32,129 nucleotides of DNA from a virus. Taxonomy: Duplodnaviria > Caudoviricetes. The stretch lies in the IMG/VR virus record IMGVR_UViG_3300044878_000133, positions 1 through 32,129 of that record. One strand, 5' to 3'. The notes beneath the pieces were generated by a model, which was given only the letters and a program-made list of their open reading frames with translations, did not search any database and had not been told where the DNA came from. The position numbers were made by a program, and so were the translations under genes. How positions within the stretch are numbered: the first letter of the stretch is position 1; every line of letters starts with the position of its first letter. Positions 9,183-17,499 of the stretch are shown here, one piece after another.

Positions 9183-10502
9183 CTATGCGGCGAGTTCCAT
9201 GCCGTCGATGAGTGCGACGCCGTTGCGGATGCGGTAGACGGCGGGCCATGATTCGGTGTCGTTGTAGTAGGCGAGCCCGAACCCTTGCTGCCAGTTCTCC
9301 ACGACGCGGGCCGCTGTACCGTCAGCACCGATGGCGCCGTTGACGGATGGGACAGCACCGTCTACACGGCAGAGGCAGCCGGGGTTGGCCGAGTAGGACT
9401 CGATGGGCTCACCGCGGGGGCCGATGACGCTGTGGTAGGTGATCTCCACCCGGTGCGTGTGCCCTGCCCATGTGTTGAGGTGCGGGACCTGGTGGACGTA
9501 TTGGGCGGTGGTGCTGCCCTTGCTGTTGGCCTTGGTGCCGTGGATGTTGCGGGTGGTGTCGTTGTCCCAGTCGGTCGCTGCCGGGTAGGCGTCAACATAC
9601 TGGATGTTCAGCTCGTCCAGCCGGAGCAGGTAGGGCAGCGACATGGTCGGCCATGACTCGGGCATGTTCGCCCGCTTCAGTCCGAACGCGGCGAGGGCGT
9701 TGGCTTCGATGAAGTTCTGCATCCGCTTGTCGTGGTTGCCTTCGATGACGACTATCTCAGCATCCGGGCACATGGCGCGCAGTGTGGCGAGGAACTTATG
9801 TCCGGCGTCAAGTGCTTCCTGCGTCGTGTTGGCGAACGCTGCTTCCTGAGCAAACCGGCCCTGTGAGGCGAGGTCCAGGAAGTCACCGAGGATCTGGATC
9901 TTGTCCGGCTGCATCTTGAACGCGGCCCGGGTGAAGACGTCCATCGCCTTAGCGTCGTGGAACGGGTCAAGGGAGCCGTCAGCGAGGCGGCGGAACCCTA
10001 TCTGCGTGTCAGCACCCTTGAGGGCGAGCTTCATGCCGCGGACGGGCTTAGCCGGCTGGTCGGCGATGTTCACCTGTACCGGGGCTGCCTGTTGGATGAC
10101 GGGCCACTCGGGGCCCTGTTCAGGGTTGTCCCCCAAACCAGCAATAGGCTTGACGTTATTTAGCTTATTCCAGAAGCCGCCCGAGGGGTTGCTGGTCACT
10201 CCCCACGTAAACGTGACCGCGTCCGGGTCCTGTCCCTTGGACGCGATGAAACGGCGGAAGTCCTCGAACCCCCATGCGCGGTCACTCATGGTGACGTAGT
10301 CGGCTGTACCGTCGGGGCGGTGGCTCTCGGAGCTCACCGGGGCCGGCGCTTCGACGTCGCACACGCATTCCCCGCGGCGGTGGTTTCCGATCTGGGAGCG
10401 GCTGACCTGGTAGCCGAGGTCTTCGGCGTGCTGCCGCTCGGCCGCGGACATGTCCACATTGGGGAACCCGGCGACTACCTGTGCATATTTGCAGACCGCC
10501 AC
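9183..10502 (-). CDS. Calcineurin-like metallophosphoesterase with N-terminal extension
   Basis: DTQIG, GDFLD, GNHD, HG, GHTH motifs in canonical order; GTG start with GGAAGGGG RBS. Confidence 0.85.
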   Translation of the reverse strand: MAVCKYAQVVAGFPNVDMSAAERQHAEDLGYQVSRSQIGNHRRGECVCDVEAPAPVSSESHRPDGTADYVTMSDRAWGFEDFRRFIASKGQDPDAVTFTWGVTSNPSGGFWNKLNNVKPIAGLGDNPEQGPEWPVIQQAAPVQVNIADQPAKPVRGMKLALKGADTQIGFRRLADGSLDPFHDAKAMDVFTRAAFKMQPDKIQILGDFLDLASQGRFAQEAAFANTTQEALDAGHKFLATLRAMCPDAEIVVIEGNHDKRMQNFIEANALAAFGLKRANMPESWPTMSLPYLLRLDELNIQYVDAYPAATDWDNDTTRNIHGTKANSKGSTTAQYVHQVPHLNTWAGHTHRVEITYHSVIGPRGEPIESYSANPGCLCRVDGAVPSVNGAIGADGTAARVVENWQQGFGLAYYNDTESWPAVYRIRNGVALIDGMELAA

Positions 10503-10587
10503 GGTTGCCCCTTCCAATAGGTTGGCCTACTCGCTAGCCCGCTGTGTACGTCAGTGCGTTACTTGATCGGGGATGCTTTCGTGCCAG

Positions 10588-10658
10588 CGCTGCGTCAGGG
10601 AATCGAACCCCGGTCTGCGGTTTTGGAGACCGCCGTGCTACCACTGCACCAACTCAAC
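10588..10658 (-). tRNA. tRNA-Trp (CCA), CCA end not encoded
   Basis: Cloverleaf: D arm GTGC/GCAC, anticodon arm GCGGT-CTCCAAA-ACCGC, T arm CGGGG-TTCGATT-CCCTG; acceptor GTTGAGT/ACGCAGC with one A-G mismatch; discriminator G. Confidence 0.9.
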
Positions 10659-10668
10659 ATTTGCCATT

Positions 10669-10889
10669 TGCCGCACGTCTGCGACTCTCAGGGATGGCTC
10701 TCCTGCCCCGACCAGCTTGAGCCCTTGCGGGGCATCAAAGGCTGCGGGGACGTCCTGTATGCCAGACCGGGGGAGTTCTGCAGTCTCCCCCGGCCCGACG
10801 GAGCCAACCTCTTACCCAGGGTTGGCGCTGGGGAACGATGAAGGCCTCGCCGTATGTGGGTCAGCGAGGCCTTCAAGTCTTGTGCGGCA
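10669..10889 (-). ncRNA. Putative ~220 nt multi-hairpin structured RNA
   Basis: 8-bp closing stem (10669-10676/10882-10889) enclosing five hairpins, including 12-bp and 9-bp perfect stems and a GCAA tetraloop on the - strand. Confidence 0.6.
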
Positions 10890-10952
10890 GGGTTCTTAGC
10901 CACTACACGCAGTTTGTTCATTACCTACGTTACAGGTGTTGTGCAGAGTTGT

Positions 10953-11240
10953 CTAGTGTTCCCGCGTGTTAGTTTCGGCGTGTCGCGGTGCATCTGCGGG
11001 CGATGCCTGGATTAGCGCGAGCCCCTTGGCGGTCACTTCATAGTCGCCTCGGCATCCGCAGTTGCAACCGGTCAGATAGCCCTTATTGATGAGCTTCCCC
11101 ATCTTGGCGCGGAACAGCCTGTCGGGCAGTTCGGAATATGGTGGCTCAAGGTTCCAATAGCAGACCCACATGCCAATCTCTGCCTGCTTGTCAGCAATGA
11201 AGCGCACTAACGGTATGTCAGGGATGTCCTTGCATTTCAC
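10953..11240 (-). CDS. Hypothetical protein with GCNCGCRGD motif (possible winged helix)
   Basis: 95 aa; start overlaps upstream stop; LINKGYL...YEVT.KG resembles a wHTH wing. Confidence 0.7.
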   Translation of the reverse strand: MKCKDIPDIPLVRFIADKQAEIGMWVCYWNLEPPYSELPDRLFRAKMGKLINKGYLTGCNCGCRGDYEVTAKGLALIQASPADAPRHAETNTREH

Positions 11241-12022
11241 GCTGCCATCCTTTCACGTCGTTCTGCCAGTGCTGTTCTTGAGCGGTCCCAGAGGTTGCGG
11301 ACCTTGCGGACCTGGTACACGGGCTTGTCGCCCCGGTAACCGATGGGGGTGAGTTTCTTCCGGTTCACCCATTGCCGGATGGTCCCTTGGGGGAGTGCTT
11401 CGCGGGTGACGGGGTCGGAGAGCATCCGGGAGATTTCGGAGGCGGTGCCGGTGTGGTACCCGGCGGCGGCCAGTGCCCGCGTCCGCCATTCGGTGAGGTC
11501 CCAGGTTGTCCCGCAAGTCTGGCAGCGGGCGTCCGCCTTGCCCTCCGGCGTGTAGACCGGCGTGGCGCACTCCTGGCCCTGCTCGACGGTGGGGCAGATC
11601 CCGGCGAACACCTTGGGCGCCCCCCGATCCATCGCCGACAGGCAATCGTTCAGCGCCCCGCGTAGTTCGTCGGCCAGCACCGGTGCCCAGTCCATCCCGC
11701 GTACCTCACGGATCTGTGCGAGCAACACGCGGGCGGCTTTGGTGGCGTGGGGTTGCCGGTTGCCGAGGGCCTGGGTCCAGCCGGTGAGGATGACGTTCAG
11801 GGTGCGGCCGGCGTCGTAAGCGCGGGAGTTGGTCGGTTCCATGGGGGCGGAGTGCCCGGAGGACCCGACACTCCCGGCGCCGACGTCCATCCGGGCCGCG
11901 GACGCCCAGAGGGCCTCCACCATGGATTCGACCTCGCGCAGGTCGTCCATGAGTTTGTCCCTGCACCCCGGGCAAAGGTAAATACCCTGGGTTGTTGGCT
12001 GATCGCATCCCCCGCATGTCAT
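11237..12022 (-). CDS. Zn-finger/HTH DNA-binding protein (candidate late-gene regulator)
   Basis: CxxC/CxxC N-terminus, C-x7-C...CxxC, C-terminal HTH (TIRQWVNRKKL); apparently leaderless, with TATCCT 6 nt before ATG. Confidence 0.75.
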   Translation of the reverse strand: MTCGGCDQPTTQGIYLCPGCRDKLMDDLREVESMVEALWASAARMDVGAGSVGSSGHSAPMEPTNSRAYDAGRTLNVILTGWTQALGNRQPHATKAARVLLAQIREVRGMDWAPVLADELRGALNDCLSAMDRGAPKVFAGICPTVEQGQECATPVYTPEGKADARCQTCGTTWDLTEWRTRALAAAGYHTGTASEISRMLSDPVTREALPQGTIRQWVNRKKLTPIGYRGDKPVYQVRKVRNLWDRSRTALAERRERMAA

Positions 12023-12097
12023 ATACCAAGGATACCGTGAGTTACCTAGTGTTCCCTGTATTTGGGCGTGTCGCGGCGGGCGTGTTAGGGCCCTTGG

Positions 12098-12259
12098 TTA
12101 TGCGCTCATCCTCTTGCCATGTTTCGGACAGTCGGGATTGGTGGGCTTTGGATAGCGGGGGTTGTACCGCCACGGCGGGCAGGTGCATCCCGGATACGTG
12201 TTGGTGGGCCGGTGCCAGAACGACTCCGAGCCCGTGCCGACAACCGGGTGGTCAGCCAT
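12098..12259 (-). CDS. Small hypothetical protein (53 aa, CTC...CPKHG)
   Basis: GGGAGG RBS; manual translation. Confidence 0.6.
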   Translation of the reverse strand: MADHPVVGTGSESFWHRPTNTYPGCTCPPWRYNPRYPKPTNPDCPKHGKRMSA

Positions 12260-12356
12260 GGTCCTCCCGCTCGTAGGTGTCGGCGCGTTCCTGGTCGGGG
12301 CCGATCCGGTCGGCTTCCTGCGCCCGGGCCTGACGCTCGCGTTCGTCCTCGCTCAT
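12252..12356 (-). CDS. Small hypothetical protein (34 aa)
   Basis: ATGA overlap with upstream gene; MSEDERERQ... Confidence 0.5.
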   Translation of the reverse strand: MSEDERERQARAQEADRIGPDQERADTYEREDHG

Positions 12357-12532
12357 GGCGTCTCTGCAATCTCGTGAAGGTTCAGGCTTCTGAGCAACCC
12401 GTTAGCTGCGTCGATAATGCCCTGGCGGCGCTCGGCATCGTTTTTCTTCTCGTCCAGCCAGTTGTTCGACCGAACATCCAGCGCCACGGTGTGGTTGTTC
12501 CCGTTCTCGCGGGCCTCGATAATGACCCTCAT
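12353..12532 (-). CDS. Small hypothetical protein (59 aa)
   Basis: ATGA overlaps at both ends; MRVIIEARENG... Confidence 0.6.
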   Translation of the reverse strand: MRVIIEARENGNNHTVALDVRSNNWLDEKKNDAERRQGIIDAANGLLRSLNLHEIAETP

Positions 12533-12687
12533 GCCCCCTCCCCGGCGGTGAGTGCGGCGCGTGCCTGCTTCACGGCCTCACGGGCCTGCCGTGCATGCGC
12601 CCAGTCCCCGCCACCCGCGGCAGCCGACACGGCGGCAGTGTACGCGTCATCAGCGGCGGCAAGATCCGCGGCGAGATCGGCACTCAT
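12529..12687 (-). CDS. Small Ala-rich hypothetical protein (52 aa)
   Basis: ATGA overlaps; GGAG RBS. Confidence 0.6.
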   Translation of the reverse strand: MSADLAADLAAADDAYTAAVSAAAGGGDWAHARQAREAVKQARAALTAGEGA

Positions 12688-13094
12688 GGCTGCTCCGTTG
12701 CGGTGAGCGCGGCGATAGTCGGGCAGGGCCAGTTCACGGCTCGGCTTTCATCGAAGCTCCAGTCCTCGGCGTCCTCGATCACTTCATCCGGTGTGCAGCC
12801 ACGGCAGATGGTGGACATGACGACTTTTTCTTCGGCTTCGAGAACGAACACACCATTCACGTCGTCGTACTCGAACATCTGGCATGGCTCGTGAATCGCC
12901 TTCGCCCGTTCCAGCGCGGCCTGCTGTTCCCGCACCATGACGAGCAGGTAGGGCACGTCCTCATGTGCGAGCTTGTCAGCGTTCCGCATCCCAAAGTTGT
13001 ACGTCTGGCAGTCGGCCCGCCGTGCCTCAATATCGGCGAGCTGGTCCCCGTCCCCGCCTGCCGCGCTGATGAGTGTTTCGGTGTAGTCGCTCAT
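12684..13094 (-). CDS. Hypothetical phage protein (H..., CxxC, WPCPT motif)
   Basis: Coupled ORF; AHEDVP.L and WPCPT motifs common in actinophage early proteins. Confidence 0.7.
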   Translation of the reverse strand: MSDYTETLISAAGGDGDQLADIEARRADCQTYNFGMRNADKLAHEDVPYLLVMVREQQAALERAKAIHEPCQMFEYDDVNGVFVLEAEEKVVMSTICRGCTPDEVIEDAEDWSFDESRAVNWPCPTIAALTATEQP

Positions 13095-13360
13095 GGTTTC
13101 CTCAGTTCGGCGAGCTTGCGGGTAAGATCCATCGACTTGCGGCGGAGCGCGCCGGTTTCCTTGGAGCCGTAGGAATAGTCGTGCGGCTGCGGGCCGGGCG
13201 CCGGGGTCGCCTCATCAATCCCGGCGGCGTGGCGCTCGGCGTATCGGTGGTCTCGCTCGTCATTCTCGGCGTCGAGGCGTTCGAGTGCTGCCTGCCCGGC
13301 GACAATAAGCTCACGGGCCTGCCTGATGGTGTCCTGGATGGTCTGCCGGTTCATGCTCAT
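13091..13360 (-). CDS. Hypothetical protein (89 aa)
   Basis: Start MSMNRQ with AGGAG RBS; ALRRKSMDLTR C-terminal motif. Confidence 0.7.
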   Translation of the reverse strand: MSMNRQTIQDTIRQARELIVAGQAALERLDAENDERDHRYAERHAAGIDEATPAPGPQPHDYSYGSKETGALRRKSMDLTRKLAELRKP

Positions 13361-13479
13361 GACTGCTCCTGTTCGATGAGGGCTTTGACGTCGCGGATCG
13401 CTTCCCGACGCGCCCGGTAGTTCTCCGGGGTTTCCGGGATCGCCTCGATACTGGCAAGGACCGTAGCCGGGGTGATCAT
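13357..13479 (-). CDS. Small hypothetical protein (40 aa)
   Basis: GGAGG RBS, ATGA overlaps. Confidence 0.6.
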   Translation of the reverse strand: MITPATVLASIEAIPETPENYRARREAIRDVKALIEQEQS

Positions 13480-13772
13480 GCTGAGACCTCCGGGATTGCT
13501 TCGATGCTCTGGTGGCTCGGGGCGGCGAGCCGGTGGGTTGCCTGGTCGGCGAGGTCGGCCCCCGCCTTGATTTGCGCCCACGCCCAGAGCGCCTGCCCGG
13601 CGATCCCCGCAATGTTTGGTACGGGGAAATGCTCGCGGACCCAGAAGCCCCCGGCGTGGGCGCGGGCAACACTCGTCCGGCCATGCTTGGCGCTGATGTG
13701 GATCCAGTTCAGTTCCTTGGTTGCGGAGCCCCAGAGGACGGCAACGGTGCCGTCTGGCAGGTCGGCGCTCAT
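13476..13772 (-). CDS. Hypothetical protein
   Basis: Coupled ORF, 98 aa. Confidence 0.65.
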   Translation of the reverse strand: MSADLPDGTVAVLWGSATKELNWIHISAKHGRTSVARAHAGGFWVREHFPVPNIAGIAGQALWAWAQIKAGADLADQATHRLAAPSHQSIEAIPEVSA

Positions 13773-13960
13773 GCTGCGTTCCGGGCGGGTGTGTGGTCGC
13801 GGATTTCGGACTGGATGGATTCGTACCTGGCGCGGGCTTGGGCGGCTTCGGTGCCGGCCTGGGCGAGGGCCGCGTCGGCGCGTTCGGCGGCGACTCTCGC
13901 GATGATGAGCTGCCGGTACAGGACCGCGGCCTCAAGTTCGGGGGTGGGTAGACTGTTCAT
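13769..13960 (-). CDS. Hypothetical protein
   Basis: 63 aa; AAGGA RBS downstream of predicted promoter. Confidence 0.65.
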   Translation of the reverse strand: MNSLPTPELEAAVLYRQLIIARVAAERADAALAQAGTEAAQARARYESIQSEIRDHTPARNAA

Positions 13961-14029
13961 TGCGGGGTTCCTTCCCGTCGCGCCCCGGACTGTTCTGAAC
14001 CAGTCGCGGGGCTTCTTCTTTGTTCCCTC

Positions 14030-14088
14030 AGTCTAACAGGTTTGTTCCGTAAAGTTACCCGATGTTGGGTATTTCTTCCGGCGTGTCG
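14030..14088 (-). promoter_or_regulatory. Putative leftward promoter with operator-like motif
   Basis: Extended -10 TGtTAGACT (14030-14038), motif TGTTCCGTAAAGTTAC (14043-14058), GGCGTGTCG (14080-14088). Confidence 0.6.
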
Positions 14089-14444
14089 AGTTCCCGGATC
14101 ACGAACACCAGCGCCGGCTCACCCTTCCCGCCGTGGCGCATATCCGGGCCCAGAACGTGCGCGTGGTCATCGTCAACGAGCAGCCCCGCGGACACGATGC
14201 CGTCAACACATGCCTTGACCGTGGGCCACAAGTTATTCGGGTCATACCGTCCGCCGCGGGCCTTCCAGATGTGCGCGGTGATATGCACCCGCCCAGTGAA
14301 CGGCTCCCACCCATGCCGGGCCGCCGCTTCAAGGCCCGCGTCCCGCCACAATGCCGTCAACTTCGCGACCTGCATCCGGTGGAGGCGCTGATTCGAGTTG
14401 ATCCACGCCGCCGGCGCCGGAACGGTGAACTGCGCCAGCCTCAT
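14055..14444 (-). CDS. rusA: RusA-like Holliday junction resolvase
   Basis: YDPNNL..TVKACVDGIV.AGLLVDDD catalytic pattern. Confidence 0.8.
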   Translation of the reverse strand: MRLAQFTVPAPAAWINSNQRLHRMQVAKLTALWRDAGLEAAARHGWEPFTGRVHITAHIWKARGGRYDPNNLWPTVKACVDGIVSAGLLVDDDHAHVLGPDMRHGGKGEPALVFVIRELDTPEEIPNIG

Positions 14445-15706
14445 GAGTAGAACCCGGTCGGCTTGCCGCGGTCCCGGAGCATCGAGTTATGCCCCAGGAA
14501 GTCCATTTCCGCCGTGCCCGTGATGCCGTGCCGGTTCTTCGCCACAATGAGATCCGCCTCATGCGGGGCTTCGAGCAGGTCGCGGTGCATCAGGATCACC
14601 ACGTCCGCGTCCTGCTCAATCGCGCCGGAGGAGCGGAGGTCTGAGAGTTGGGGGACCTTCCCGTCCCGCTGTGTGGATCCGCGGTTGAGCTGAGAGAGCA
14701 CAATGACCGGCACGCCCAACGCTTTCGCCAGGAGTTTGAGCTTCCGGGAATGCTCCGTGACGACCTCATACTCGGACTTGCGTTTGTCCGGGTGTTCCAT
14801 CAGGCCGAGGTAGTCCACGACGACCGCGGACAGGCCGTGCTTGCGCTTCACACTCCATGCGTGCCGGGCCACCTGCGCCATTGTCGAGTCCGAGGACGGG
14901 TCAATGAACAGCGGCAGCGAATTCCAGCGCTCCCGGGCGCCGGCCACCCGCTCCCAGTCCGCGTTCGTGAGTTTCCGGGCGGTGATTCGGCCCATGTCCA
15001 CCTTCGCCTCCTGCGACACCATGCGCAGTTCGAGTTCGTCGTGGCTCATCTCCAGCGAGGTGAACGCGACGGGGCCCCGGTTGCACAGCGAGAGCGCGGC
15101 CTGGAACCCGGCGACGGTCTTACCCACGGACGGGCGGGCCGCGATGATGTAGAGCGCGCCGGGCCGCCATCCCTGGATGAAGTGGTTCACGTTCTCCCAC
15201 GGCGATTCCGTGTACGTGACGGGGGAGTCCAAAGAGTCGAGGGTCGCGTCGATGGTTTCCGCGACGGGCCGGATCGTGGAGCCCAGCCCCGACGTGACGC
15301 CGGAGAGCTCCCCGAGGGCTTCGTCCGTGAGGGTTTCGACGTCGTCGCCGGCCGCCGCCCGCTGCTGCAACGTGGACGCGATGCCCACGAGCCGCCTGCG
15401 GGCCGCCTCCCGCGCCACAATCGCCGCGTGGTGAGGTACTGCCGCCTCTGGCACAAACACGCCCACAAGCTCCCACAGCAGGCTAATGGGGACCAGCCGG
15501 CGCCCGGCCTCATCCAACCGCAGCGCCGCATCACCCACCGTGACAGGGTCCGCGGGCTTCCCGGACTCCACCACGTCCCGGATCAGGCCGAACAACGTCT
15601 CACCCTGCAGGGTCGAGAAGTCACGCGGCTCGAGGCTGATCTCATGCAGGCAGCCGCCCGCCGACTCCAGCAGCGCCGACAGGACCGCCGACTCCGCCGC
15701 GATCAC
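14441..15706 (-). CDS. dnaB: DnaB-like replicative helicase
   Basis: AARPSVGKT, SLEM, VVDYLGL, LSQLNR, SDLRSSGAIEQDAD, KNRHG. Confidence 0.95.
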   Translation of the reverse strand: MIAAESAVLSALLESAGGCLHEISLEPRDFSTLQGETLFGLIRDVVESGKPADPVTVGDAALRLDEAGRRLVPISLLWELVGVFVPEAAVPHHAAIVAREAARRRLVGIASTLQQRAAAGDDVETLTDEALGELSGVTSGLGSTIRPVAETIDATLDSLDSPVTYTESPWENVNHFIQGWRPGALYIIAARPSVGKTVAGFQAALSLCNRGPVAFTSLEMSHDELELRMVSQEAKVDMGRITARKLTNADWERVAGARERWNSLPLFIDPSSDSTMAQVARHAWSVKRKHGLSAVVVDYLGLMEHPDKRKSEYEVVTEHSRKLKLLAKALGVPVIVLSQLNRGSTQRDGKVPQLSDLRSSGAIEQDADVVILMHRDLLEAPHEADLIVAKNRHGITGTAEMDFLGHNSMLRDRGKPTGFYS

Positions 15707-16110
15707 TTCAGGGCCTTCGGGGTGCCGAGTGCTTCGAGGATGCCGACCGTGGATGCCTGGTAGCGCTCATACGCGGCGCGGTCCATCCTGCCGTTCCTGA
15801 TCGCCCCATACAGGGCCTTGTTTGCGGCGCTGTAATCGCCGCAGGTCTGCTCGTCATGGTCACTGAGCCGGGGTTGGGCGCCGAATCCGTCCAGCCGGGC
15901 CCGCTGCGTCAACATGACCCGCTCCACGATGTGCGCCGGCATGATCCACGCCGTCGATGTGCGGAAGTAGTCCGTGACCGCCGCAAGGCAGTCCGCGAGC
16001 GTGTACGGCTCCACCACCTCGGACCATGCCGAGAGGACAGCCTCGTCAACGTTCCGGTTGTCAAAAGCCTGGATCTTCGCGAGCAGTGCGCTCGTCTCTT
16101 CAATACGCAT
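15703..16110 (-). CDS. Helicase loader/inhibitor-like protein (G39P-like)
   Basis: Between Rep and DnaB; LLAKI.AFDNR....AW, WIMPAHI. Confidence 0.65.
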   Translation of the reverse strand: MRIEETSALLAKIQAFDNRNVDEAVLSAWSEVVEPYTLADCLAAVTDYFRTSTAWIMPAHIVERVMLTQRARLDGFGAQPRLSDHDEQTCGDYSAANKALYGAIRNGRMDRAAYERYQASTVGILEALGTPKALK

Positions 16111-16115
16111 GGGGG

Positions 16116-16871
16116 TTATCCAATCGCTAGCTGGTCTTGGGTGCCGTCCTGGACTGCTTGGAGCCGGCGGCCGATTTCAAGGGTGGACTGCATTTTGTTC
16201 ATGGTGGTGGGCTTGCCCTGCGGTGCGCGGTCTGCGGCGTTCATCATCCAGTTCCGCCACGTCGCTACCCAGTCGAGCTTCACGCCGTCCCGGCCTGCTT
16301 TGGCCTGCCAGTAGTTGATGAACTTCGTTGTCTCGCGCTGGCCGTCCACGCCGGGGCAGTTCGCCCGGGCCCAGGCCACCATCGCCGGGGCTACCGTGAA
16401 GTCATCCGGGATTCGTGAGCCGCGGTTACGCGGCATAGAAGAAGCTTTAGCTTCTTCATCTTTATCTGTATCTTTATCTGCTACAGATTTGCTACCCGTT
16501 TGCTTAGCATGTGAGCTAGCACTTGCTAGCCTGTTTGCTTTCGCCCTGCCACCCATCGAACCGGCCGCCGCCCGCGTGTTTCTGCGGTTTTCGACCTGTT
16601 CCGCCGACTGCTGGTGCTGCAAATAGTCGTGCATTTCGTAGCCATTTTCCGACTCGCCCACGAAGCCTACTGTCAGCAGTTCTTTTCGGGATTTTGCCGA
16701 AAAAAGCTTCAAAAACTGGGCTTTTGTGAGCTTGCCGTCGTTGAGGTTCCTCGAGCAGTAACACCAGGCTTCGATGAGTTGCCGGAATGCTTTGTCGGAG
16801 AGCTCTATGGACTTGGGATGTTCGGGGAATCCGTTATGGAGCTTGAAGAACAGCCGCGGGTCCGTGCCCAT
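16116..16871 (-). CDS. Replication initiator protein
   Basis: N-terminal HPK..LSD.AFR...HDY..HQ; low-complexity linker with DNA repeats; C-terminal KF.NYW...K.DW.ATWRNW. Confidence 0.8.
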   Translation of the reverse strand: MGTDPRLFFKLHNGFPEHPKSIELSDKAFRQLIEAWCYCSRNLNDGKLTKAQFLKLFSAKSRKELLTVGFVGESENGYEMHDYLQHQQSAEQVENRRNTRAAAGSMGGRAKANRLASASSHAKQTGSKSVADKDTDKDEEAKASSMPRNRGSRIPDDFTVAPAMVAWARANCPGVDGQRETTKFINYWQAKAGRDGVKLDWVATWRNWMMNAADRAPQGKPTTMNKMQSTLEIGRRLQAVQDGTQDQLAIG

Positions 16872-17080
16872 CAGGCGGCCGCCTTTCGTGCGTTGCGGAG
16901 CTGGAACGTGTAGTCAGCGTTCGCTACCCGGCACGCCTCGCAGGCCGGCACGCCGTAGCGGCGGTGACGGTGATAGCCCGCGTACGTCCCGCACTTGTCC
17001 GGGTTGAAGTCCACGGCGCCGACGTCGGCACGCTTGCCCTTGGTGATGCCGGGCTGGTTCCCGGAGTACGTGTAGCTCAT
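16871..17080 (-). CDS. Small Zn-binding protein (69 aa; CGT..GY..H...C..C)
   Basis: Start MSYTYSG with ATGA overlap. Confidence 0.7.
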   Translation of the reverse strand: MSYTYSGNQPGITKGKRADVGAVDFNPDKCGTYAGYHRHRRYGVPACEACRVANADYTFQLRNARKAAA

Positions 17081-17499
17081 GCCGCCGCCTTCAGGTTGGC
17101 CCGGTACTGGGCGGTGTGGGCGCGGGAAGCATCGGCGCACGGGCCGCACGCGGGCACGTTGTGGCGGCGGTGCCGGCAGTACCCGGCATAGGTGCCGCAC
17201 TTGTCGGCGCGGAAGCCGCGGCCGATGGTTTGGACCTGCCCGGTTTTGCGCCTGGCCTCGTAGTCGCGGCTGTACGCTGCGTTCGCGTCCTTGCAGGGCT
17301 GGCACTTTTCGGTGCCGGTTTTCTCGTGCTGCTTGTACCCGCGGAAGGTTCCGCAGTGGGACGGGTCGAATAGGCGATACCGCGGCTTCGGGCCCGGGAT
17401 TGATTGGGTGCGGACAGGGGCTTCCCGGAGGCGCTTAGCAATTTCCGCACGCCGCTCCGGACCGATGTCGCGGAGTGTGCCGCGGTAAACGTACGCCAT
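17077..17499 (-). CDS. Zn-binding protein with two CGT..GY..H...C..C repeats
   Basis: CGTFRGYKQH...CQPC and CGTYAGYCRH...CGPC. Confidence 0.75.
   Translation of the reverse strand: MAYVYRGTLRDIGPERRAEIAKRLREAPVRTQSIPGPKPRYRLFDPSHCGTFRGYKQHEKTGTEKCQPCKDANAAYSRDYEARRKTGQVQTIGRGFRADKCGTYAGYCRHRRHNVPACGPCADASRAHTAQYRANLKAAA

Noticed and set aside
10520-10587. tRNA-trailing theta/HDV-like ribozyme
   Set aside because: Only a short possible pairing seen; could not build the nested double pseudoknot
10554-10921. ORFs 10554-10841, 10573-10899 and 10688-10921
   Set aside because: No RBS, unnatural composition, overlap tRNA and strong stems
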